Under the pieces are notes generated by a model. That model worked only from the letters and a program-made list of their open reading frames with translations. It made no database searches and had not been told where the DNA came from. The translations under genes were made by a program, and so were the position numbers. 64,000 nt of DNA. Origin: Desulfomonilia bacterium (GTDB taxonomy: Bacteria; Desulfobacterota; Desulfomonilia; UBA1062). Below, piece by piece: positions 40,819 to 51,050 of this stretch. The number at the start of each line of letters is the position of its first letter. The first letter of the stretch is position 1. The stretch covers positions 448,001 through 512,000 of the forward strand of contig CAXXDQ010000003.1 of NCBI GenBank assembly GCA_963664325.2, in the 5' to 3' direction.

Positions 40819-42492
40819 ATGGGAAAGAACCAGTGGCTGTATATAGTCTTATCCTTGGCAATAATCTTTATCACCAGCGGTTGTCCAAAACCTGATTATA
40901 AAGGCACATCCCTGATCCCAGGCCCTCTTGAACAAGGCTATGATGCGGTACTTGAGAAAAAGGCCGAAAGATATGACAGGCAGCACCTGATCTTTAACTG
41001 TGCCGGAAACGGCATAAACAATGATGTGGGTGTTCCAATTGAGAATATTGCAGACAGGCAGCTCATTGCCGATTTCCTGCAGAAAACAGACAGCTGGGAT
41101 TTCCCCGGCTATTCAGGGAAGGAAGTGTTCGACGTAATTCCGGATTATCAGATGACTGCAGGGCTCTATGCAGGTGTAGGTATTGCTGCTGATGCATACA
41201 GGTATGCGGTGTTAAGGGATTCGGGCTATTCCCAGACGGATGTCGACAGGGCAAGGCAGTTCTTGAAAAGGGATATAGAAGGCCTTTTTGTAGCGGTAGA
41301 AATTACAGGTGTCGAAGGGGTGATTGCCCGTGGATTCTGCAGGACGGATATTCCGACTTCATATAAGACTGCTGTGACAACACCACTCTTTGATTCAAAC
41401 GGCAATCCTCTTCCGGAAGTTAAAAACAATGGTACATTAAGGAGCGACAATTCCGTCGGTGGAAAGCTGCCCAATTATGTATGGACGGACTCCTGCAGTC
41501 GAGATCAATATATAGGATGGGCAACTGCATTTGCAGCAATATGGGAAGCTATCAGGGAAGATGCATCGTTTCCAGGGGAAACAAAAGACAAGCTTCAACT
41601 CTATGCAAGTCAGCTCGGACATTCTCTCATGGTCAAGCGTTACGGAGGTCCTGGCAGCAACGGAAAGGCATTTGACCTGGAAATATTCGATGCCGACGGC
41701 CGCACGACCTTCCACGGATACATCAACGAAAACAACTGGGACAGGATTTACCTTGCATGGCTGCCCATAAAAGACGGCTTTTATTCACTGATGTCACTTG
41801 GTATTGTTGCAGCGCTGGCTTACTGTTCCGAAGATGCCGAGCTTGATGATTATCTTTATGATGAACTTGTTGCCCGGAGGCATCTTGATGATATCATAGT
41901 CTCAAATGTTCTTGGATACAATCTTGACATAATAACCAATTACAGCGCCACGAATATGGCATTTCAGGGGGCGCTGCTGGCTGGCAGGTATATCAGCGAT
42001 GAAAAAGTGAGAAACAAGGTGAGATGTGCGACCACACTGCACCTCTACAATACCGGCATCTCCCATACAAAACCAAGGGAATATTCATACAGTCTCTATG
42101 ATTTTGTTTATGCCGCCAACTATTCCGGCGCCTCCGCTTTCAACAAGATGAAACAGGCTCCCGACTTCGAAGCCGTGGGCAGGGGCATTAATACCCTTTA
42201 CGAATTCCATGAGCCGCCATACTGGGATGAAACTATTATCAACTGCGATGATGCTGAGATTGCCAGCGGCGAGTGCACATTGAACGACGGCACCAAGGTT
42301 AAAGTCCTGGGCAATATCGGAAGGAATGGTGATCTGATAACTGACAAGCCGATTCCTCAGAGGGTAAGGCCGCCGAGCAATTACCACTGGCGTTCGAATC
42401 CTTACATACCCAACGGCGGCGGCAACGGCGGCTGCCTGCTGCCGGGCGTAGATTTTCGTTTTGCTTACTGGTTCGGCAGGTTCGTTAAATAA
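40819..42492 (+). CDS. Hypothetical lipoprotein (557 aa)
   Basis: RBS GGAGG, ATG 40819, lipobox ITSGC; long ORF with no family I can name. Confidence 0.8.
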   Translation: MGKNQWLYIVLSLAIIFITSGCPKPDYKGTSLIPGPLEQGYDAVLEKKAERYDRQHLIFNCAGNGINNDVGVPIENIADRQLIADFLQKTDSWDFPGYSGKEVFDVIPDYQMTAGLYAGVGIAADAYRYAVLRDSGYSQTDVDRARQFLKRDIEGLFVAVEITGVEGVIARGFCRTDIPTSYKTAVTTPLFDSNGNPLPEVKNNGTLRSDNSVGGKLPNYVWTDSCSRDQYIGWATAFAAIWEAIREDASFPGETKDKLQLYASQLGHSLMVKRYGGPGSNGKAFDLEIFDADGRTTFHGYINENNWDRIYLAWLPIKDGFYSLMSLGIVAALAYCSEDAELDDYLYDELVARRHLDDIIVSNVLGYNLDIITNYSATNMAFQGALLAGRYISDEKVRNKVRCATTLHLYNTGISHTKPREYSYSLYDFVYAANYSGASAFNKMKQAPDFEAVGRGINTLYEFHEPPYWDETIINCDDAEIASGECTLNDGTKVKVLGNIGRNGDLITDKPIPQRVRPPSNYHWRSNPYIPNGGGNGGCLLPGVDFRFAYWFGRFVK

Positions 42493-42621
42493 ATAAAGAT
42501 GTATAATCCTGTGCTGTAACAGCAAAGCGGTATGCAAAAGGCATAACGGCCACGTAATCCGTTATCTCAGGGGACTGCATTGCTCGGCTGCTGGCAGGGC
42601 ATAGCTATTTGGAACAAGTCG

Positions 42622-43968
42622 CTATTTCTTGACTGTGAGTTCCATATCTTCCACTGATTCGACAATAACGGTTTCCCCTGGTTTCAGGCCTTCAGGCCCT
42701 CTGGCGTTCCAGTATTCTCCATGAACGAAGACCTTGCCAGTTCCGCTGTCATGCCATTCATAAACCTCGGCCCTTTCACCTTTCATGGCAGAGGCGCCTG
42801 TTATGGGAGTCTTTCTGTGGATTTTTAAAACAAGCCATACCCCTGCGGAGAATGAGGCGGCAAAGAAAAACGCAACAGGAAGGATGATACTCCATGATAC
42901 CTGTGTGGACATTTCAGGCGTCCTGAAAAGTATAATGGAACCCAGGATCAGCGAAATCACGCCGCCTACTGTTAATAGTCCCATACTCTGGACTTTGAGC
43001 TCGGCAAAGAAAAGGATTCCGGCGAGTATGATCAGTGCAACCCCTGCGTAGTTAACCGGCAAGGCAGAAAAGGCGAAGAATGCAAGTATGATCGATATGC
43101 CGCCTATGATACCAGGGAGAATAGCGCCGGGGCTTGAGAGTTCAAAATAAATCCCGGCAAGGCCGATAAGCATTAGGATATATGCAATATTGGGATTGGC
43201 CAGGATTGAAAGCAGTCTTGAGCGAAAGTTCATCGGGTGTTCTGTAACTGTTGCGCCTTTTGTCCTGAGCGTAAAAGACTGGCCTGCTTTTTTTATGGTT
43301 TTGCCGTCAATCTTAACAAGCAGGTCATCAAGACTATCGGCAATCAGGTCAATGACATGCTTTTCGACGGCCTCTGTTGCCTGGATGGAAACGCTTTTTC
43401 TTACGGCATCCTCAGCCCATTTTTCATTTCTCCCTCGTTCTTTTGCGATGCTTCTTGCATAGGCCGAGGCATCGTTTGTCACTTTTTCTGTCATCGTATC
43501 GCTTTCTGTTTTTTTATCCTTGCCGTCGTTTCCGCTACCTCCGCCTCCTGGTCCTATACCGACAGGGTGGGCTGCTCCGATGTTGGTTCCAGGTGCCATG
43601 GCTGCAATATCGGCCGCCAGGCAGATAAGTGCGCCTGCGGATGCTGCACGGGCGCCTTTGGGCGAGACATAGACAATGACAGGGATAGGTGCGTTCATCT
43701 CTTTCTGTATGATATCCCGCATCGAAGTGTCGAGTCCCCCGGGTGTATCCAGCCTTATTATAATGGCATCGGCCTTTTCCTTAACTGCCCTGTCTATATT
43801 TTCTGTGATGTATGAACCTACAGGCGGTGAAATGGCATCCTTGACGTCTATTACAACCAGATCGCCCGCCAGAGTCGTTCCGGCTGAAAAAAGGATAAAT
43901 AGAATTGTTAGGAGCGTTGCGGCGGATTCAGGCCAAGCATTTCCATGACTTTTTTTATGTCTTCCCAT
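42622..43968 (-). CDS. NfeD-family membrane-bound serine protease (long form)
   Basis: LDTPGG, AASAG, GTNIGAAHPV, TM region, C-terminal OB-fold (VFVHGEYWNA); start uncertain because of a 61-nt overlap with the UDG gene. Confidence 0.9.
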   Translation of the reverse strand: MGRHKKSHGNAWPESAATLLTILFILFSAGTTLAGDLVVIDVKDAISPPVGSYITENIDRAVKEKADAIIIRLDTPGGLDTSMRDIIQKEMNAPIPVIVYVSPKGARAASAGALICLAADIAAMAPGTNIGAAHPVGIGPGGGGSGNDGKDKKTESDTMTEKVTNDASAYARSIAKERGRNEKWAEDAVRKSVSIQATEAVEKHVIDLIADSLDDLLVKIDGKTIKKAGQSFTLRTKGATVTEHPMNFRSRLLSILANPNIAYILMLIGLAGIYFELSSPGAILPGIIGGISIILAFFAFSALPVNYAGVALIILAGILFFAELKVQSMGLLTVGGVISLILGSIILFRTPEMSTQVSWSIILPVAFFFAASFSAGVWLVLKIHRKTPITGASAMKGERAEVYEWHDSGTGKVFVHGEYWNARGPEGLKPGETVIVESVEDMELTVKK

Positions 43969-44594
43969 GTCTCCCTCTTTTTGGATGGATTCTGAAGCAG
44001 ATAGCTTGGATGAAATGTCGGCATTACGGTTATACCCATATAATCTATAAAAATACCTCTTAGTTTACTTATCGGGGTTGTAATTCCGAGAAGATTGTGC
44101 GTTGAAACCGCCCCAAGGGTGATAATCACTTCGGGATTGATTAGCGATATCTGCTTTTTCAGATAACCGATACAGCTCTCAACTTCATCTGGAAGCGGGT
44201 TGCGGTTTCCGGGCGGCCTGCATTTTACTATATTGGCTATGTAAACATCCCTGCGTTCAAGTCCCATGCCCTTTACGATAATATCGGTCAGCAGCTGGCC
44301 TGCCGGCCCGACAAACGGCCTTCCTGTATTATCTTCAACAGCCCCCGGACCTTCTCCTATAAACAGGATCCTGGCATTATGGTTGCCTTCGCCGAAAACA
44401 ATATTCTTTCTTGTTGCCGAGAGCCTGCAGAGACTGCAGCCTTCAAGCGATTCTTTGACATCATCAAGAGTTCCTTGTTCACGAAGCTCTAATTCACAAG
44501 TTTTTTCAGGGATAGCCACTGATTCGGGCATGATCACGAAGTCACCTGTCCAGTTCTGTTCATCCCTGAATATTTGAACTGCGGATTCGTTCAC
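43908..44594 (-). CDS. Uracil-DNA glycosylase, family 4
   Basis: CSLCRL Fe-S motif, IGEGPG, PFVGPAG, KCRPPGNR, FHPSYLL. Confidence 0.93.
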   Translation of the reverse strand: MNESAVQIFRDEQNWTGDFVIMPESVAIPEKTCELELREQGTLDDVKESLEGCSLCRLSATRKNIVFGEGNHNARILFIGEGPGAVEDNTGRPFVGPAGQLLTDIIVKGMGLERRDVYIANIVKCRPPGNRNPLPDEVESCIGYLKKQISLINPEVIITLGAVSTHNLLGITTPISKLRGIFIDYMGITVMPTFHPSYLLQNPSKKRETWEDIKKVMEMLGLNPPQRS

Positions 44595-45805
44595 AGCCTT
44601 TTCCTTATGAGGTCAAGGATTCTGTCTGAAAGCATGGTTTTTTCCATATTCTCGAATCTGAATTCACTGTCGGGTAAAAGGATTGTTCCTGTATTTGTAT
44701 CAGAGGCAAAACCGCTTCCCTCAATACCGACTCTGTTTGCAACGATCATGTCAAGCGATTTCCTGTTCATCTTGACTGAAGCGTTTTTAACGAGGTCATC
44801 CGTTTCTGCTGCAAACCCAACAAAAATCCTGTTTTCCTTCATCGGGCGGATAGTGTAAAGTATGTCTGAAGTATGAACAAGTTCAAGGCTGGTCATAGCC
44901 TCATTGCCTTTTTTAATCTTTGAACTGCTGCGAACCTTTGGAGTATAGTCGGCAACTGCCGCCGCCATTATAAGAACATCGGCATTATCAATGTGATCTT
45001 TTACGGCATCGAGCATATCGTTAGCAGACCTGACCGGTATTACATGAGCCCAAGGTGCGTAACTGATATTGACAGGTCCCGAGATTACTGTGACATCCGC
45101 ACCTCTCAGACAGGCAGCCTCTGCTATAGCCGCACCCATCTTCCCTGTAGAACGGTTGGTGATAAACCTGACAGGGTCGATATCCTCACAGGTTGGTCCG
45201 CTGGTGATAAGAAGACGGATACCCTGAAGATCATTGGGTGTTAGGATTTTCCTGACTTCAAGGATAATCCGTTCGGGGTCCGGCATCCTGCCTTTTGCCT
45301 CCCATCCGCATGCCAGGAGGCCTTCTTCGGGTTCAAGGATATTAATGCCCCTTTTGGTAAGGATGTTGATGTTGTCCTGTGTGGCCTTGTTTTCAAGCAT
45401 GTTTATGTTCATTGCTGGGCAGACAAGGACAGGGGCCTTAGTCGCCAGAACAGTGCTCGATAAAAGGTCGTCGGCTATTCCGCCTGCCATTTTTGCAATG
45501 AAGTTTGCTGTCGCGGGTGCTATGAGGAACAGGTCGGCCCTGTCTGCAAGGGCAATGTGTTCTATTTCATATTTCTGCTGATGATCAAGGGGAAACATCC
45601 TGGAGTACACAGGATGCTTTGAAAGGGTTTGAAGGGCAAGAGGAGTGACAAATTCAAGTGCGGAATCAGTCGTTATACAGAGGGTAGTTGCACCCAGGAG
45701 GCTAAGCCCCCTTACTACAAAAGGCGCCTTGTAAGCGGCAATGCCGCCTGTAATCCCGTAGATAACCGTCTTTCCGGTTAATTCTGTTTTATCTGTATTA
45801 CCCAT
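44591..45805 (-). CDS. coaBC: Bifunctional PPC decarboxylase / phosphopantothenate-cysteine ligase
   Basis: GITGGIAAYK, APATAN, PAMN, DPVRFITNRSTGKMG, AAVADY, VGFAAET. Confidence 0.96.
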   Translation of the reverse strand: MGNTDKTELTGKTVIYGITGGIAAYKAPFVVRGLSLLGATTLCITTDSALEFVTPLALQTLSKHPVYSRMFPLDHQQKYEIEHIALADRADLFLIAPATANFIAKMAGGIADDLLSSTVLATKAPVLVCPAMNINMLENKATQDNINILTKRGINILEPEEGLLACGWEAKGRMPDPERIILEVRKILTPNDLQGIRLLITSGPTCEDIDPVRFITNRSTGKMGAAIAEAACLRGADVTVISGPVNISYAPWAHVIPVRSANDMLDAVKDHIDNADVLIMAAAVADYTPKVRSSSKIKKGNEAMTSLELVHTSDILYTIRPMKENRIFVGFAAETDDLVKNASVKMNRKSLDMIVANRVGIEGSGFASDTNTGTILLPDSEFRFENMEKTMLSDRILDLIRKRL

Positions 45806-46221
45806 ATCTCTACCCTGGTATCCATAGGATTTTCCGATATAAGGATTGAAGCGAGTTTGTCAGGTTTCATGAAAAACATTTTTATATTGTCCTGGAAACG
45901 GTATTCATCACTCCGTGACCAGCCTGACGACGGCATTGTCGAACCAAAGAATTTTTCTATTGAATCTCCATCCACGCGACCCCTTACAACAAGTCGACCA
46001 AAACCATTGACCATATAACATTCCGAGGCATCTCTGCTGAGTTCGGAGGGTATCAATACATCCGGAAAATCCAGATAAGAAGGTTCTTTAGGAGCAGATG
46101 CAGGTGCAGTTGCCGACGGTTGAAGATCTCTTGGTTTCACATCATGGAGTTGCAACCCGCTGCAACCTGAAATAATAGAAATCAAAAGAATTGCTGAAGT
46201 CAAAATATGTCTTGGGTTCAT
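45778..46221 (-). CDS. Hypothetical lipoprotein
   Basis: Lipobox ISGC after a hydrophobic signal; DFPDVLIPSEL; RBS GGAGG; in an operon with coaBC. Confidence 0.75.
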   Translation of the reverse strand: MNPRHILTSAILLISIISGCSGLQLHDVKPRDLQPSATAPASAPKEPSYLDFPDVLIPSELSRDASECYMVNGFGRLVVRGRVDGDSIEKFFGSTMPSSGWSRSDEYRFQDNIKMFFMKPDKLASILISENPMDTRVEIWVIQIKQN

Positions 46222-46230
46222 TATCCCTCC

Positions 46231-46857
46231 TTAATGAAGAAAAGGATTATATCTCTTTTCAGTGGCAACCGTGGTTGCCGGGCCATGGCCCGGATAGACC
46301 TTAACATCATCCCCAAGCGGAAGAATTTTGGTTTTTATTCCGCTTATCAATGTGTCGTAATCACCACCGGGAAGGTCTGTCCTGCCTATTGACTGTGCAA
46401 AAAGGGTATCCCCGGAAAAACAGGTTACGCCATCCGAAGCGATCAATGAGATTCCCCCTGGGGAATGCCCCGGCGTTTCAAGGACCTTAAGTGAATACTT
46501 GCCGAAATTGATTATATCCCCTTCCGATAGAAGGCGGTCCGGTTCAGGCGGCTGCTCGATTCTGACACCGAACATACCCCCCATCTTTGAAGCATATTTC
46601 AGGACGGGAAGTTCTGCCTTATGCATCATGATTTGCGCGCCGGTTGCATCCCTTATAGCCCCTAGAGCGCCCACGTGATCGATATGTGCATGGGTGATCA
46701 CGATGCCAATAACCTTGATATTTTCGGCCTTAATTTCCCTGAGAATGTCAGAGGCATCACCACCAGGGTCAAGCACAAGTCCTTCTTTTGTCTCTTCATC
46801 CCATATTATAAAACAGTTTGTCATGAAATCGGTTACTGTGATGTTTTTAAATTGCAT
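46231..46857 (-). CDS. MBL-fold metallo-hydrolase (glyoxalase II / YcbL-like)
   Basis: THAHIDHVG, TPGHSPG, SGDTLF, GRTDLPGG, PGHG. Confidence 0.93.
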   Translation of the reverse strand: MQFKNITVTDFMTNCFIIWDEETKEGLVLDPGGDASDILREIKAENIKVIGIVITHAHIDHVGALGAIRDATGAQIMMHKAELPVLKYASKMGGMFGVRIEQPPEPDRLLSEGDIINFGKYSLKVLETPGHSPGGISLIASDGVTCFSGDTLFAQSIGRTDLPGGDYDTLISGIKTKILPLGDDVKVYPGHGPATTVATEKRYNPFLH

Positions 46858-46965
46858 TAAATGATACCTCCTTCAGTGATGAAAATCTTTGGAATAATTA
46901 TTCTGTCTCCGCAGAGCATAATACACCACGAAGACGCAGGTCAACATACTTTACAGCATTAGAAG

Positions 46966-47089
46966 AGCATAAATAATTGCTTATTAAATAATAAATGATT
47001 TATAAAAAAACATAAAACATAAAAATATGCAAAATAAATAACATAAAAAGCAATTTATTATTGACATATATGAATATAACGTGTATTCG
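46966..47089 (+). promoter_or_regulatory. AT-rich ald promoter region with candidate regulator boxes
   Basis: TTGACA (47061)-N17-TATTCG; related 16-mers AGCATAAATAATTGCT (46966) and AACATAAAAATATGCA (47016). Confidence 0.4.
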
Positions 47090-47133
47090 TTAGTGAGTAA
47101 TCTCTCATTTATATGAGACAAAAGGAGACGTTT

Positions 47134-48246
47134 ATGAAAGTCGGAGTTCCTAAAGAGATAAAAAGGTTTGAGAGCAGGGTTTCGATGACTCCGGATGGAG
47201 TGCGCTCATTCAAGGCTGCCGGTCACGATGTTTATGTTGAAAAAGGAGCGGGTGTCGGAGCACAGATTGAAGATGAACAATATGCAAAAGCAGGGGCGGT
47301 TATGCTTGATTCTCATGCAGAAGTCTTTGCCGCAGCGGACATGATTTATAAAGTTAAGGAACCGCTTAAAGAGGAATATGGACTTTTAAGACAAGGCCAG
47401 CTTCTTTTCACATATCTTCATCTTGCAGCAGATAAAGATCAGGCCCTTGCATTGACAGAAAGAAAAGTTACAGGCATTGCATTTGAGACCATCCAGCTCG
47501 AAAACGGACATCTTCCTCTTCTCGAGCCGATGAGTGAGGTTGCAGGCAGGCTGTCCGTACAGGAAGGTGCCAAATACCTTGAAAAGACATTTGGAGGCAG
47601 AGGCATACTGCTTGGCGGTATTCCCGGTGTTCCAAGGGCCAATGTGGTTATAATCGGCGGTGGTGTCGTGGGTGCCAATGCGGCCAAGATAGCAGTGGGA
47701 ATGGGCGCAAGGGTAACACTGATGGATATTCAGAAAAGCGTTCTACAAAGATTTGACGACTTATATGGTGTGGCGATAGAAACCATGTATTCAACGCCGG
47801 GCAACATCGGGCGCTGTCTTGAAGGCGCAGACCTGGTGATCGGAGCGGTACTTATTCCCGGTGCATCAGCCCCGAAACTCATCACAAAGGAGCATGTCAG
47901 CTGCATGAGAAAGGGTTCGGTCATCGTCGATGTAGCTGTTGACCAGGGGGGGTGCTGTGCTTATACAAAGGCCACATACCATGATGATCCGATATTTTTT
48001 ATTGACGGTGTAGTAATGTATTGCGTGGCAAACATGCCTGGGGCAGTGCCTGTTACATCTACCTGGGGACTTTCTCAGGCTACACTTCCTTATGGATTGA
48101 AAATAGCAAATCTCGGCATAAAGGAAGCGGCAAAAGACCCGACAATTCTTAAAGGTATCAATACGTTTGCCGGTAACATAACACATCCGCAGGTGGCAGA
48201 AAGCCTTAATATCGCATATAAAAAAATCACCCCTGATTTGCTGTAG
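47134..48246 (+). CDS. ald: Alanine dehydrogenase
   Basis: RBS AAGGAG, MKVGVPKEIK, KVKEP, FTYLHLA, PMSEVAGR, IGGGVVG, VDVAVDQGG, YCVANMPGAVP. Confidence 0.96.
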   Translation: MKVGVPKEIKRFESRVSMTPDGVRSFKAAGHDVYVEKGAGVGAQIEDEQYAKAGAVMLDSHAEVFAAADMIYKVKEPLKEEYGLLRQGQLLFTYLHLAADKDQALALTERKVTGIAFETIQLENGHLPLLEPMSEVAGRLSVQEGAKYLEKTFGGRGILLGGIPGVPRANVVIIGGGVVGANAAKIAVGMGARVTLMDIQKSVLQRFDDLYGVAIETMYSTPGNIGRCLEGADLVIGAVLIPGASAPKLITKEHVSCMRKGSVIVDVAVDQGGCCAYTKATYHDDPIFFIDGVVMYCVANMPGAVPVTSTWGLSQATLPYGLKIANLGIKEAAKDPTILKGINTFAGNITHPQVAESLNIAYKKITPDLL

Positions 48247-48334
48247 ATATTTTTAAAAAAACGCTTTAATGAACCCGGGGTTTATCTCCATCTGGATATG
48301 GGCCCTGGGTCTTATATTTTTTTCGGGAGATATT

Positions 48335-49396
48335 ATGGGAATGCATATCTATATACATATTCCTTTTTGCATGAGCAAATGCAGGTATTGCGGATTTTCT
48401 TCCATTGAAAATCCAGATCCGCCCCAGGATAGATATGTAAAAGCAGTTCTCGCTGAGGCGGAAATGATTTTTGATAATATTTCAGAACGCGGTCAGATAT
48501 CCACAGTTTATTTCGGAGGCGGTACTCCTACACTTTTCAGCACGAACTCGATCAGCAGAATTTTAAATGGCCTGGGCAATTTATGGCTGATCGGATCTGA
48601 CTCCGAGGTATCGATTGAAGCGAATCCGGAAACAATTTCCAAGGATTACGCATTGGGGCTGAGGGTCGCAGGAATAAACCGTGTAAGCCTGGGAGTTCAA
48701 AGCTATTCGAACAGGCTGCTTGGCTTTTTGGGCAGAGTGCATGATGCGGAGAAAGCACTTGATGCGTTCAAGTCATTACGTACGGCCGGATTCGATAATA
48801 TAAACATTGACATAATGTACTCTATACCGACTCAGAGCTTATCGGAACTCAAGTATGACTTGAAACAAATCGGGGAGATCAGTCCCGAACATGTATCTGC
48901 ATACATGTTCACTCCAGACACCAGATGGGCCCGGACGATAGAACCTCTTCCGGATGATGAAATAGAGAGGTTTTTCTTCTCAGTTCTGGAAAAGATGGAA
49001 GGATACGGCTTGAAACAGTATGAGATTTCCAACTTTGCCAGACCCGGATATGAATGCAGGCACAACCTTGCTTACTGGCGATACAGCCCATATATCGGAC
49101 TCGGAGCAGCCGCTGTTTCCACTTTCAAGGGAATACGCAGCACAAATATAAATGATCCTGAGAAGTATATGTCTCTTGTTCTGAATTATAAAAGGCCTGT
49201 TATATCCGAAGAAATGCTAGATAATTGCAAAGCCGACTTTGAGAAAAAATTTCTTTCCTTAAGGACCGTATATGGTATCCCTAAAGAATTAATGCCCCAA
49301 AATATACCGCCCGACCTGTATGAGATTAGAGATGGAAAAGCAGTTCTTACTCCGAAAGGGATGCTCCTGTCTGATGAGATATTTTCGATGCTTTAG
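48335..49396 (+). CDS. hemW: Radical SAM heme chaperone HemW (HemN-like)
   Basis: YIHIPFCMSKCRYC, YFGGGTP, EANP, YEISNF, CRHNLAYW; start moved to ATG 48335 (GGGAG RBS). Confidence 0.88.
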   Translation: MGMHIYIHIPFCMSKCRYCGFSSIENPDPPQDRYVKAVLAEAEMIFDNISERGQISTVYFGGGTPTLFSTNSISRILNGLGNLWLIGSDSEVSIEANPETISKDYALGLRVAGINRVSLGVQSYSNRLLGFLGRVHDAEKALDAFKSLRTAGFDNINIDIMYSIPTQSLSELKYDLKQIGEISPEHVSAYMFTPDTRWARTIEPLPDDEIERFFFSVLEKMEGYGLKQYEISNFARPGYECRHNLAYWRYSPYIGLGAAAVSTFKGIRSTNINDPEKYMSLVLNYKRPVISEEMLDNCKADFEKKFLSLRTVYGIPKELMPQNIPPDLYEIRDGKAVLTPKGMLLSDEIFSML

Positions 49397-49403
49397 TCCG
49401 GAA

Positions 49404-49862
49404 CTATTTCAGGTCATACCTGCTGATAATTACTTTCTGAATCTTGTAGGATTTAAGTGTTTTATAGAGTGTGATCTCGGCCTGATCCTTTTCGAGAGAA
49501 GAACCTTCGTTTTGAAGCTTATTCAGTATGGCAGACCTTATCTCAAACATCCTGGCCATTACGTCAGATTGTTGTTCGGGAAGAAAACTCAGTTTGATAT
49601 CTGCAATTAATATTTTCGATTTTTCCGGGTTTTCGTTTCTGCACACAACTACGAAAGGTTCAAGTTCAATTGTGCCGTTATCCTGAGCCGGAAGGACGGT
49701 TATGTTGTTTATGGTAAGATTCTTGTCGGCTGGTTCTTTTTTTAGAGAATTGATTAGAAAATATGACATCATTGAAGTAACCGCAAGAACAAGCAGAATG
49801 ATGAAAAATGTTAACCATCTAAGATTATCGGGGTTTTCCCTCTTCTTGTCCGGCTCACTCAT
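49404..49862 (-). CDS. fliL: FliL-like membrane-anchored protein (divergent)
   Basis: Single N-terminal TM segment, IELEPFVV..., IRSAIL; follows fliA-cheY. Confidence 0.6.
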   Translation of the reverse strand: MSEPDKKRENPDNLRWLTFFIILLVLAVTSMMSYFLINSLKKEPADKNLTINNITVLPAQDNGTIELEPFVVVCRNENPEKSKILIADIKLSFLPEQQSDVMARMFEIRSAILNKLQNEGSSLEKDQAEITLYKTLKSYKIQKVIISRYDLK

Positions 49863-50245
49863 ATTTGCTGTTCACCAAGAAGCAATTCGATCTTCCTTCC
49901 GAGCGTGTCAGCTGTAAAAGGTTTTATGATGAAATCTTTTGTTTCAGAATCGAGCAAGTTAGTTGCTTCATCAATCTGGGTTTCCTTGATGACCATAAGG
50001 AAAGGAATGTCTTTAAAATCATCACTGCTTTGCAAAACCTTTAGAAGTTCAATACCGGAAATATCCGGCAGATCATAATCAGATATAATCAGATCAGATT
50101 TTTTCCTGTGTATGATATCAAGACCGGTTGATCCGTCATCAGCCTCAAAGATATTTACAAAACCGAGTTCTAAAAGGCAATTCTTTATAATCCTTCGCAT
50201 GAATGGAAAGTCTTCAATTACAATTATATTAATATTACTATCCAT
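49859..50245 (-). CDS. CheY-like single-domain response regulator (atypical)
   Basis: IEDFPFMRRII, LIISDYDLPDISG, KDIPFLMV, IIKPF; the conserved Thr/Ser is replaced by Ile. Confidence 0.85.
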   Translation of the reverse strand: MDSNINIIVIEDFPFMRRIIKNCLLELGFVNIFEADDGSTGLDIIHRKKSDLIISDYDLPDISGIELLKVLQSSDDFKDIPFLMVIKETQIDEATNLLDSETKDFIIKPFTADTLGRKIELLLGEQQI

Positions 50246-50276
50246 TATAAAATCCCTTAATGCTTTGGTTCAAAAC

Positions 50277-51050
50277 TTATTCTCTGATTTCTTTGAGAAT
50301 CTTCTGCATTTTGGAACGAAGCCTGAGTATGGATTTTGTATGTATTTGAGAGACCCTTGATTCGGTGAACTTGAGCACATAGCCGATCTCCTTCATTGTA
50401 AGTTCATCATAGTAGTACAGCGAGATGACCATGCGTTCCTTTTCCGGTAATGACTGAATGGCTCGCGCAACCATATCTCTGGCCTCATTAAGCCCCATTT
50501 TGTGAGTGGGCCAGTCTTTTTCATCCTGCATGATGAATTCGAGAAGATTTCTTTTGGAAGAATCCTGGTTGTCTTCACCGAGATCATCCAGACTTAAAAG
50601 AGACACTGAAGCGGTCTCGGAAAGAAGACGATAAAAATTTTCCATGTCGACTTCGAGTTCGGTTGCAATTTCCTGGTCGTTTGCAGGCCTGCCAAGTGAC
50701 GACTCAAGCCTTGAATATGCATCCTCAATCTTTCGTGCCTTTTGCCTTACCGAGCGGGGAACCCAATCCATGGAGCGCAATTCGTCGAGCATGGCTCCTC
50801 TGATCCTGAATTCCGCATATGTCTTGAATTTGATATTCTTTGATGCGTCAAATTTTTCCATGGCATCGATAAGCCCTATTACCCCTGCATTTATGAGGTC
50901 GTGAATATCAATATGAGGCGGTAACCTCATTGCAATCCGGCTTGCAATATATTTGATTAACGGTGCGAACTCATTAATTACTTTCGCCCGTATCTTCGGA
51001 TCCGTGCGTTCATCATCTGTCAGGTCAGGAAACGCAATATCCAGCATCAC
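50277..51050 (-). CDS. fliA: FliA/WhiG family sigma28 factor
   Basis: KFKTYAEFRIRGAMLDELRSMDWVPRSVR, LYYYDELTMKEIG, ESRVSQIH. Confidence 0.95.
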   Translation of the reverse strand: MMLDIAFPDLTDDERTDPKIRAKVINEFAPLIKYIASRIAMRLPPHIDIHDLINAGVIGLIDAMEKFDASKNIKFKTYAEFRIRGAMLDELRSMDWVPRSVRQKARKIEDAYSRLESSLGRPANDQEIATELEVDMENFYRLLSETASVSLLSLDDLGEDNQDSSKRNLLEFIMQDEKDWPTHKMGLNEARDMVARAIQSLPEKERMVISLYYYDELTMKEIGYVLKFTESRVSQIHTKSILRLRSKMQKILKEIRE

